A DNA stretch of 64,000 bases, taken from Guillardia theta CCMP2712 (taxonomy: Eukaryota > Protista > Cryptophyta). Shown one piece after another: positions 22,090 through 32,495 of the stretch. The notes beneath the pieces were generated by a model, which was not told the DNA's origin, did not search any database, and saw nothing but the letters and a program-made list of their open reading frames with translations. The number at the start of each line of letters is the position of its first letter. Position 1 is the stretch's first letter. The translations under genes and the position numbers were made by a program. The DNA is taken from positions 688,533-752,532 of the forward strand of contig NW_005434668.1 in NCBI RefSeq assembly GCF_000315625.1. Direction: 5' to 3'.

Positions 22090-24828
22090 ACCGCTCTCTT
22101 GCCGTCCGGATGTTGTCCTTCACTCTCACCTGCCACTGCTTGTAGCCCTCTGAGATGCCTGCTCGCTCCTCAGACTCGCCCGAATGATCGCATGCTCACC
22201 GCTCTCCAGCCCCTCGCCTGCGTCATCGAGCGACGCGTACACCTCCTTGGTGCTCTCGTAGAGCAGGGGGATCTGTCGAGATTCAGGGAGGAGCGGAGGA
22301 GGAGCGGAAGCACCTTGTAGCAGAGGAACCCGATGGCGGCTGACGCGATCTCGCGAGGAGGGATCTTGGGGAAGCCACCTGATCTTGAGATGAGAAGGGA
22401 GAAACCGGTGGAGCGAGAAGAGGAGGAGAGAGCAAAGTCGAGATAAAGGGGAGGGAGGACGATGCTGATTCTGATTCTGATTCTGATGATGATGATGATG
22501 ATGAGGAGGAGGCAAGCGAAGGTATACCCATCGCCTCAGAAGCATCTTGGTTGTAGGTGAACTGCAGGAGGAAGTGAAGAAAGTCACTGGAGCAGGCAAA
22601 AGGGGCAGGAACAACCTTGAAGTAGAGAGCGACGAATAGAGCTAGAGGAGCGAAGAAACGCGGAGACAGCAGCGGAAGCCCCGCATTCTTTCACATGAGT
22701 TTCAGAGCTCGAGATGGTGGTGGAGATGGTGCGAGTGGAGTTCAAAGAGGTTCAGGAGGAAGAGGACAGTGAGGAGATAAGGAAGCGGAAGGGGAGGAGG
22801 AGGAGGATGAAAAGGGTGAGGGTGAGCAGGTGGAAGAGGGAGAAGTTTTGATTCACCTGTGCCCCACCAGGCCTGACGTCCTCAACCTGCCTGAACGCGA
22901 GTGAGGGGACGGACAGGGGCAGTCGAAGTTACATGGCAAGCAAGCTGATGTAGGCGACGGAAGCCAGAGCTCCTGCAAGCAAGAGAGGTGAATTTAAATT
23001 TAAGAGAGGAGCGAGTGAGCAAGTGAAGTGAGGGGAGGGGGAAGGAGGAGGGGGAGAGGTGCGTGTGTTCACCTAGCGCGAAGCTTGACGCACACCCTTG
23101 ATCAACAAGAGCGAGTCCGATGCTGGGGGAGCAGGTCAAGCGGAGCCAGGAGAGGGAGCAAGAGACACCTCCCTGCGAGACCCAACGCTCCTGTGTTGAC
23201 GAGGATCTGAGACTTGAGCTGCGAGATCATCATCAGTCCCTTCAATGCTTGAGCCCCCTACCCGTCCACCACCACCACCACCTCCTCCCCCATCCAGTAT
23301 TTCAACCCCCTCCTCTTCCCCCATTGCTCGATTCTGCTTCTCTCAGCTCGGTCGCCTCACCTGGCTGTACTCCTCCAGCCCGATGGCTCGCGCTGTCTCG
23401 TTCACCACCACCGGCGTGTTGCCGAAGTTGCGCGCGTTCTCGACCTGAAGACTCTGATGACAAGAGCTCGAGACCCTCCCCTCCCCTCACCCGCCACGCG
23501 TCCTGCTCCTCCACGTACTCCGCTCGAGCCGGACGGATCTGAGAAGTAGGTATCAGGGAGGCTGGAAGGATGAGCCAAGAGGAGGAATGAAGTGAAGGAG
23601 AAGGAGGAGGAGAGATAGGATGGAGTAGGGAAGGAGGAGGAGGAGTGGAGAAGGAGAATGGGAGGAGGGGCAGGAGAGGAACCTCGCTGACGTCAAACCA
23701 TCTCTTGATGGGCTGCCGCCATGGGCTGTAGGTCTTGCCATAGAGCGAGGGGCCGACCTGGAGTTGGAGTGAGAGGGACAGCAGAGACGCACGAGAGGAG
23801 GCAGGAAGAGAGAGGAAGAAGGAAGGGAGTGAGTGTGAGGCAGAGGAGAGGTTGAGAGGAGGGAGAGGAGGGAGAGGAGGTTGGAACTTCAAGACTTTCG
23901 CTCACTTGGTTGAGCTCGATGATGTCAACATTCCATGACATCCTTGAGTCTATCCACTGCCCTTCTCGTCATGCCCTGCCGCCGACTCCGACCCATCACC
24001 CCCCCCAACCCTCTCCCTCACCAGACCATCACCCCCCACCCCCGTCTCCCTCACCAGACAGATTGTTTTTCCTCGTCCTCCCTTTCACTCTTCCTTCCTC
24101 ACTCTTTGAACCCCCAACCCGCCTTTCCTTGACTTTTTCATCACACTTTCTTCTTTCTCTCTCTTCTCCTCCTCCCTCCTCCCTGAATCTCACCTGTGTG
24201 TTCTCTACAACTGCAACCATATCTTCGTTCGCCCACTACACGCGCGTCAAGCTCCCGGAAAGCAGAGGAGGAAGAGGAAACCTTTCCAGGACAGAGAACA
24301 ATGTCGCCGACCTGAGGTACGACGTAGCCCCGAGGGTCAATCTCCAGCTGAGAGATGGCTTCTGCAGCAAGCCATTATCCCGCGTGTCGTGCAGGACGAG
24401 CGCAAGTCGTCAATGGCAGCAACGGACACGCGTCATCGCACCTTGAGCTTTGAGTCGATGATGTCGGACATGTCATTCTACGAGTAGCAAGCACGTCAAG
24501 ACAAGAACTATCTCTTCCAGCACTCTCACAGCGTCAGAGTCCTTCCCTCCTGTCATGCTCAGCGCGGTCGAGCATGTCAAGGTCGGTCTCCTGCAAGCGC
24601 ATTTTATCATCTGCTGGCAAGGCTTCTCAAGTACCTTCGCTCCATGGTGTGAAGAGCCGGCTGCTGCTGGCACCTCCGATTCATCTGCAACATCGACGAT
24701 GGCGAGAAAGCATCCGCATGGTCTACCAGGGAGAGCGAGAGCAGCAAGACCATTGCCATGCTGCTTGTGGTCCACATGAGGAACCTCGCCGCTCGTCCTT
24801 GAGAGGATCTCCTCCTTGACGAGAACAT
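22090..24828 (-). CDS. CGL160/Atp1(UncI)-like chloroplast ATP synthase assembly factor with a bipartite plastid presequence and an extra N-terminal domain
   Basis: Presequence MAMVLLLSLSLVDHADA-FSP. C-terminal EEYSQLKSQILVNTGALGLAG...ASSFALGALASVAYISLLAMQVEDV...LLSPRFFAPLALF resembles cyanobacterial Atp1 and the CGL160 membrane domain. Confidence 0.65.
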
Positions 24829-25185
24829 GACCGCAACTCTCCGAGTCGTCAGCCCTGCAAACTTCGTTTGTCACAACCACCTCACACAAGTCAAACATGT
24901 TCAGACGCAAAGCAAAACATTGGCGGACATGGAGCGCCAGGACAGAGGAGGGAGAAGTGTAGTACAGCAGAGCAACAGGCAATGAAGTTGGAGAAAACAT
25001 TTAATGTCCGGCGAAGCGATTGGATGAGACTGAGTAGAGCTATGAGTGGGCAGGAGAGGAGAGGAGAGGAGAGGAGAGGAGAGGAGAGGAGCAGAGGGGA
25101 GGGGAGGGGAGGGGAGGAGAGGAGAGGAGATGCAGGGCGAGCAGGATCAGTCCTCAAGGGTGCATGCAACAACGGCCGCCTTGCA

Positions 25186-27093
25186 TGGCCACCGTGTGGA
25201 TTCTCGTTTATTGACTGAAAAAGAAGGGCAAACCTGGGTGGCTGTCTGGGTGGTTTCTGAATGAAGCAAGAGCGGGGATGAGGGTAAAGAACGTGTGAGG
25301 GGATGAGGGCTCAGAGGATTCAGAGACTTGGGTAAGTGGGGGATGAGGGCATGAATTTCACGTGCAGAAGGCGAAAATGAGTTTCTGGGGGGAGACCATA
25401 CAAGGTTAGAGGAAGCGGAGGAGGGGGGAGGGGGAGGGGGAAGCGAGGAAGAGGGGGGAGGGAGAAATGATGCGAGGGAGGTATGGGAAGGGACAGGGAG
25501 AGAGGGGAAGGGCGGGACCGACAGGACATTTGTCCGTTCTTTCATCAAGTCTGATTGCTCAATAGCAGGAGAGTCAGAAATCTCTGACAACGAGGTAGAC
25601 ATCGCCATCACTCGAGCAACTGTCCGGTAGACCAATATCACCCCTCTTTCATTCCTGATTCATGAGGGCAGGAGCTCACTCAAGGATGGGGCCAAAGCAT
25701 CCCTGCTCTTCAAACATGTGACCGCGATGACAGAATGTCGGGATGTAACAGGAGATGCAGGAGGAGGCAAACGAGTGGATGTTCGCTTGTCATTTCATCG
25801 GCTCCGTCAAGGTTGTCGCCCTCTAGAGTCAACAACCCCGATGACGAGTTTACCCAGGAGTCCCTCCCCCTAAGCATCTTCGTCACCTGTGGCAGTAAAG
25901 TATCCTTCAAGGTATTCGCCCCTTTGATTCACGTCCAGCTCATCAACACATTGCTGTAACCATGTCGAACAGGTCAACGGAGGCTGTTCGGTGGATCTCT
26001 CGGGATACCAGGCGCTTCCTTTCTTCGATGACATGTCAGACGAGGACTCAGAGGATGGCATGCTCATGGAAGACGAGGCCAGCGATGTCGAGGAGGAGGA
26101 GGAGGAGAAGGTAGTCCCTCCTGACAGCACGACCAAGAGGAAGCGTGAAGACAAGAAGGAGGAAAAAGAGACCCGCAAGACAGCCAAGACAACTGAAACT
26201 GCGACGGTAAAAACCAACGAAAACTCAAGCAAAGCCAGCAACCAGCAGGTGCAGAAGAGCCAACCCAACGGAGAAGCGAAAGCCAAGAACGAGGAGAAGG
26301 CGAAGGGGCAGGAGAAGGCGAAAGAATCTGAAGCCAAGAAGAACTTCATTCCGGCGCCCTCCTTCCAAGGCAGCAAGCCAGGCTACGTCTTCAAGAAGGA
26401 CAAACAGGGCCTCGGATACTACCTTGACAAGAAGCCCGAGGTCAACGATGTCTCAAGGCTGTAGCGGTCTCATCAGCTTTCAGGTCTCGACGACTACTTC
26501 GGCTAAGGGAAAACAAAACAAGCAGTCGCAGGCCGACGCTTGGGCGGTTGTGATGAGAGATGGTCAGAGTAAAGTCTGATTTGAAGCAGGAGAAGAAGGT
26601 GGAGCAGATGAAGGTGCATCAGGGACCTGGAGGATTGAAGTGGAAGTAAGCCTTCTCTTGTTACTTGCCGTCCTCTGAGCTCAACTATCAAGGGACCTTG
26701 CCGTTGGGACTGGCGAAGAAATCCGCAAAGGCATGCGAGTGAGCATGCATTACAAGGGAAAGTTGAGCAAGAACGGCAAACAGTTTGACTCCTCCTTCGG
26801 ACGGGGCCCCTTCACGTACGACTAGACTAACATCGCTTGATGACCTCACGGCCGTTGAAGGTTTCGATTCGGAGCTGGCGAGGTGATCAAGGGATGGGAC
26901 CTTGGGTTGCAAGGGATGAAAGTGGGAGGAAAGCGCATCCTCGAGATCCCCTCCGCGCTCGGTATGCCTGCAACGCCACACCTTCTACGCATGACCATGC
27001 TTGACAGGATACGGAAAGCGAGGAGCCGGCAAAGACATCCCTCCCAACTCTGACCTGACCTTCGAGGTGCAGCTCCTCAAGTGCCAGAGGTAG
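25186..27093 (+). CDS. Nucleoplasmin-like domain plus acidic tract plus FKBP peptidyl-prolyl isomerase (Fpr3/4, FKBP53-like); start uncertain
   Basis: VDLSGY followed by a D/E tract and K-rich linker. FKBP domain VSMHYKGKL...FDSS...[36 protein letters not shown]...[14 protein letters not shown], ending in TAG. Confidence 0.85.
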
Positions 27094-27316
27094 TTCTGTC
27101 ACGCATCGATGCAAAAGGGAGGAGAGAGAGAGAGAGAGAGAGAAGAGAGAAGGAAGAAGGAGGGGAGGTAGAAGATGGTTGATAGTCTTTTGCTGGTCAG
27201 ATCTTTACATAGAAAACTGCGATAGTCTATTAAACACATGCAATACAGAGGAAACGAAGGAGAGAAAATATCACATTTGGCTCATCTGCAGTGATGGTCA
27301 GAATACTTGATATGCA

Positions 27317-29095
27317 TCATTGGACACAAGTTATCCGCACCGTTTGACAAATGTCTGGAACGACGCAAAGAATGGTGCCTGGAGGAATCCAATCCGTCAA
27401 CAATTCTGGATTCATACTTCGCAGCGATCGCTCGGGAGTTCGAAATCTCTGTGCATGAAGTTAGTCACATTCAGAGGGCGAACGGCAAACAACCAGTGCA
27501 GCATCAGCGATGCTTGTGTTTTGAATGATGGGGAATGTAGGCCCGAAGAGCAAGACTCCACTAGTACCCAACGCGTATGGGTTTTGAATCTGAATATTTG
27601 CGCTCCACAGTTGTAGCCAATCGATACGGTAATCGTGAGCAATTTTGAGCAAAGTTTCATCGGTCCTGATACAAACCTTGCACTTATTCACACGGAAGAT
27701 AGTGCAAAAAACTCGCATTTGCAAATTGGGGTACGTTTGGTCCTGAAAAACCAAACAAGCCTTCATCTGTAAAGATTGCTGCCCCCTCGTCGGGGTGTAG
27801 CGAATTTCTTGTCTTGAAATCTCATAAGTGGGAGATGTACAAGCAAGAGTTCGGTCCCAGCAGACTTTGACAGCTTCTCTGCTTGAAAGGGTGGCGCCTG
27901 GTGGAAGCGGGTTGGATTGATCTACGATGGCATGCGGTTTGTACAGGCCTTGCTGGAACCCCATGTAGTCGATGGAGCTTGCAGTCGATGGAAAATCTCT
28001 TGCTTCCCAGGAGGTGAAGTTCCAAGAATAATCACATCCCACCGTCAGATCCAAATACGTTGGATTATCCATGGTACCATTGGTAACAACCGAGCCCTGC
28101 ACCTGAATATTTGGCAGAACAACCTCCATCGCGAAGCATGTCAGATTGGTCTGATTGGAAGCAGAAACATTGTTGATGTAGAATGTTGACGAGTGAATCT
28201 CTCTTGCTGTGAAGCAGAAACGGTACTTCAATCCAGCCTGACTCAAATCCGGAGTGAACTTTACCCCTCTACTGAAGAAATATTGACTATATCCGGGATT
28301 CGACAGGCTATCGAAGCGTACCGAGATGAGGTTTGTGAAGACACTGGCAGTGAGAATATCATTCAGACCTCCTCTCAGATTGTCGATGTTCATGGAGTTT
28401 GGATATCCGGGATCTGAGACAAGATCTATTTGCACTGAGTCCATCCTTGGGTCTGCAGTGATGCCGATAGCATTGTTGTCCTTGAAATAAACCCTCTTAT
28501 CCAGGTACTGCCCCACCCCGAGATACGTCTGTAGCTGCAATGCATTGTCCAAGTAGCAATATGAAGAGAAAGGAGGACATGCAGGCACGTAGAATGGCGG
28601 CAACTGTATGTAGTAATAGTAACAGAGTCTGTCTGACCGGACAGTGGGGGCAGCAAGGTCCGCAACCTGCACGCAAGCCATGTAGTATGGGTTGATGTAA
28701 TTCTCAAAGCTGCCGTGCATAGGATGATAGATTGTGAAGTTAATCATCGTTCTATTCGTCATGTAATCGACTCGCCACATTGTGAATGACATGTTGCAAG
28801 ACGTCGTTGCTGTGGTTGCGCCTGAGCCATACAGAAACTGACAGACGACAACAGAGTTGTCGAAGGCAATGGTGCCTGCTGCTGTTGCATTGGAGTCAGC
28901 GTCATAAGCTTGAACTCCTCCCACTGTCACTGTATCCCCCGCATAGATGTAGTTCTTCATGTCCACTCCTGGTGGCCCTTCCAGCGTTGGAACCATGGCA
29001 AGAGAGGGGTTCAGCAGCATCAGCAGCGTCACGAGCAGAAGTGGCGAGGGAGGACAAGTCCCTCGTCGCTCCTCCATGCTGTTCCCTCCTCTCAT
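27317..29095 (-). CDS. Secreted protein with C-terminal tandem LysM-like domains
   Basis: Signal peptide LLLVTLLMLLNPSLA. LysM1 ETLLKIAHDYRIDWLQLWSAN..IQNP. After one intron, LysM2 TSIADAAL/RFRTPERSLRSMNPELLTDWIPPGTILCVVP. Confidence 0.75.
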
Positions 29096-30193
29096 CTTCG
29101 CATGCTCCCTCTACCGAAGAGCCGCCTCTACCCCCCACCTTCCCTCACACAGCACCCCCTACCCCCGTTAGGACCTCACTACCCTGGAAACCCCCAGATA
29201 AATAACCCCTTTAAAAGCTCTACTACCCCCCTTCGCTGATACCCAGTGAGTCCTCTAGTCAAATTGCCGGGAAGGTCTCCGAGTCCCTCAGTGGCCTCAT
29301 TGAACTCCGAGTGGGCCCGGACTCCCGGCCCGGCCTCTCCGAGCCAGCCTCAGCCACGGCAGTCCCGACGGCCGGGCCCCGGTGTTTGACAGCGACGGTT
29401 GAGATGTGAGGGGATGCGGTAACGGCCGTCGGAGAGACCCAAACAAGTGACCCTTGGAGCCAACTGACCAGTCGCGGTCACTCTCCCCGGCAGTCATTCC
29501 TGAGATCTGTAGGGGTAGTACCGGGTGGTATGAGGGTGGGAGGTGGGGTGATGAGGGGTGGTCTTCCCCACCTCGAGGAATGTCAGGAGTGTGACAGGAG
29601 GAACAAGCCGAGCAAGGGGAATGCCAAAGCACGAGGGAGGAATACACATTGAAATGTAATTTCAAAGATTATTCTAAAACTTGAACTTTCGAGATCAACA
29701 GTTCAAAATGGAAATTCCCTGAGAGAGCCCCCATCATAGCTTCAAGGCAGTAAAACAAGGTCAAGGGGTAATAAAAGGGTCATCAGGACCGGTAATTGAT
29801 AACCCCCTACCCCCCTCTCTGAAATGTTTCGGATTATTCCCCCGCCCTACCCTTGAAAGCCATACAGGGTCTTCTTACTTGTGAGACTAAAAGCTAATTT
29901 TAAAATGTCAAAAGATATCCCTTTGACATTTTTCTTCTTTAATAGTATTTTTCTATTTTATAAATAACGACTAAAAATACCTTTAAACATAATAATTTGT
30001 GAAATATACCAAAAGAGATAGTTTCGAGTACGTACCTTATTTCCCCTTGTCATCCATTAGTTCCTTCTTCCTCCTACATCGTTCCCCTCGTTCGCAATTC
30101 GTTTATCCCCTCCTCCTCTCCTCTCTTCTTCCCCCCTCCCTTCTGCAATCCTCCCTTCCCGCAACTAGCTCACAAGGGATTTTCAAGGATTCG

Positions 30194-32434
30194 ATGCACA
30201 CAAAGACAGCACGCGTGATAAATGAACATGATCGAAAGGAATGCTCTATCAGCGCGTGTGTACCCTCGAATCCTAGAAGCAAGCAGTTGGTCGATGAAAT
30301 CGAAGCCACCAACTTTGCATCGCTGCCGCACACTAACAGCAGCTCGAGCCTAGCACATGAGCCAAGACAAAGTTGCGATTCCTCCCAGGAGATCTCGTGC
30401 GTGATCTCCGCCTGCAAGGGTTGGCTGTCGAAGGCCCTGTCCATGGCCAGACCCGGACAGACCATCTACGTCCCTCAAGGAGTTTACACGGAGAGCTGCA
30501 CGCTGTCGTTGAGCGTGGATGGTGTGAAGATCAAGCCCGAGAGGAGGAACGGGGAAGACGCGCAGGTGACGTTCGTGGTAGAAGGCAGGAGAGACTTTCT
30601 GAGGTCAAGCGGTCTGGGCTGTGCGGTGTCGGGCATCAAGTTCACTCATGTCCCTGACCAGACGGCTACCGAGAGCGAGACGGAAGACTGCAGGTCGGCG
30701 ATGACAGTGGTGGGAGGAAGCTTGCAGGTAGAGGAGTGCTCGTTCGAGGAGCTGTCTTGCTACGCCATCCATGTGCGCCGGAAGTCGAAGACAAATGTCA
30801 TCGCGTGTAAGTTCAGCCGATGCAAGGAGGTGGCGATTGCCTGTCAGGATGCTTCAGTTTCGCGGGTGTTCGACTGTGTGTTCGATGGCAACTTGTCCTT
30901 CAGCATCTGGTTGTCGGGTCAAGGAGGAGGAGAGTTTGTTTCCAACTTCATCAAGCATAACAACAAGTGCGCCATCGTGTGTGCCGACGAGTCGCGAGGA
31001 AACTTCAGGAACAACGTCATCACGCGGGGCAACCAGGGGGCGTTCTGGCTGCAGGACTCTTCTTCCTGCAGGCTGGAGCGCAACGTCATGTCGAAGAACA
31101 GGAAGGCAGCGGTGCAGGTCAGCGGGAGGAGCGACCCCGTGCTGATCCGAAACAAGGTAGTGGACGGGGAGGGGGGTGGGATAGTGCTGCATGACGAGGC
31201 TAGAGGAAGCTTCATCGGCAACTTCTTCGCCTACGGGACGAGAGCAGGGGTCGGAGTGATGGATGCTGCGGCTCCTCTCTTCGTGGGGAACGAGATCTCC
31301 TGTAACGATGGAGGAGGCGTGATCGTGGCTGGCCGAGGGCAGCCTGTCTTCATCAAGAACCTGGTCAAGAGGAACGGGTTCGTGGGGTGTTGCTTCAAGG
31401 AGGACTCGACTCCGCTGCTGCAGGAGAACGAAATCACTGAGAACAACGGCTTTGGTCTGCTGCTGCAGGGCAATGCCAAGGCTTGCGTGCAAGATGGGTC
31501 GATAGTCAACAACGTGCGAACAGGCGCGAGCCTGTTCGACTGCGCGGCTCTGACGCTTGCTGGCTGCTGCTTCCGCACCAACGACAAGCTCTGCCAGCGC
31601 ATCGGAGTACATCTACATGACAGCAGCGGGATGCAGATGGAGAAGTGCAAGATGACGGGGCACGGCGGGAGCTGCGTGAAGATGGAGGGAAGCAGCATGT
31701 CGGCGATGAGGAGCAACGAGCTGAGCTGCTCCTCCTTCGGACTCACGATGAGCAGGAAGGCTTCGGCGAGCCTGGAGGGGAACCAGATCGTCAACTGCGG
31801 CGAGGATGGTGTCATGCTGTCTGATCAGGCGGAGATGTACGCGTGCAGGAACAGCTTCAACGACAACAGAGGCAGCGGGGTGAAGAGCGTGGGGAGCTCA
31901 GTGTGCCTGCTGCAGCACAACGTTCTGATGGGCAACGGCAGAGGCGCCTCCTTGTCCTCTCTCGGTCAGTGCATCGTGCGGGGAAACCGGATCAGCGACA
32001 ACTCTGTCTGCGGGCTGCACGTGCGGGGCAGCAACGTGACGGTGATGGAGAACGCCATGTTCGGGGAGCAGGAGAGAGTCTTGAGCTTCGGAGAGAAGGC
32101 GAGGTGTGACGTCATCGGCAACGTGCTGATGCACAAGAACGGAGTCAGGATGTCGTTCCCCTCAGACCGCAGCGAGGACGTCTTCCTCCGAGACAACGCC
32201 CTCCAGTTTCCCCCCAGCGACGAGGGGAAGGTGCTCACCCTGTCCTCCCTCCCCCGCCACTTCCTCGCCCACAACGTCGCCGTCACTTCCAAGACACGCG
32301 AGCTCATTGATTGCACGCTGGACCTCATTGCATACTCCTTCTCCTCACCCTCCTCCTCCCCCTCCCCCTCCCCTCCCGTCAAACTTCAAATTCTTAATCC
32401 CGATGGCTCGAGCTGTCTTGCTGTGAGAGGTTAG
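30194..32434 (+). CDS. Right-handed parallel beta-helix repeat protein (FBXO11/NosD-like CASH repeats), intronless
   Basis: LSKALSMARPGQTIYVPQGVYTE cap, then many ~23-aa repeats of the type N.I..N...G(I/V). Confidence 0.85.
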   Translation: MHTKTARVINEHDRKECSISACVPSNPRSKQLVDEIEATNFASLPHTNSSSSLAHEPRQSCDSSQEISCVISACKGWLSKALSMARPGQTIYVPQGVYTESCTLSLSVDGVKIKPERRNGEDAQVTFVVEGRRDFLRSSGLGCAVSGIKFTHVPDQTATESETEDCRSAMTVVGGSLQVEECSFEELSCYAIHVRRKSKTNVIACKFSRCKEVAIACQDASVSRVFDCVFDGNLSFSIWLSGQGGGEFVSNFIKHNNKCAIVCADESRGNFRNNVITRGNQGAFWLQDSSSCRLERNVMSKNRKAAVQVSGRSDPVLIRNKVVDGEGGGIVLHDEARGSFIGNFFAYGTRAGVGVMDAAAPLFVGNEISCNDGGGVIVAGRGQPVFIKNLVKRNGFVGCCFKEDSTPLLQENEITENNGFGLLLQGNAKACVQDGSIVNNVRTGASLFDCAALTLAGCCFRTNDKLCQRIGVHLHDSSGMQMEKCKMTGHGGSCVKMEGSSMSAMRSNELSCSSFGLTMSRKASASLEGNQIVNCGEDGVMLSDQAEMYACRNSFNDNRGSGVKSVGSSVCLLQHNVLMGNGRGASLSSLGQCIVRGNRISDNSVCGLHVRGSNVTVMENAMFGEQERVLSFGEKARCDVIGNVLMHKNGVRMSFPSDRSEDVFLRDNALQFPPSDEGKVLTLSSLPRHFLAHNVAVTSKTRELIDCTLDLIAYSFSSPSSSPSPSPPVKLQILNPDGSSCLAVRG

Positions 32435-32495
32435 AGGTCTTACAGGCTGTTTGTGCTGTCAGTGAATGCTTGTCATCCTGTTCATTCGTCTCTCT

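Noticed and set aside
30373-32382. Multiple overlapping and antisense ORFs within the beta-helix gene (similarly in BEACH and CAND1)
   Set aside because: These are shadow ORFs expected from codon bias and show no independent motifs.
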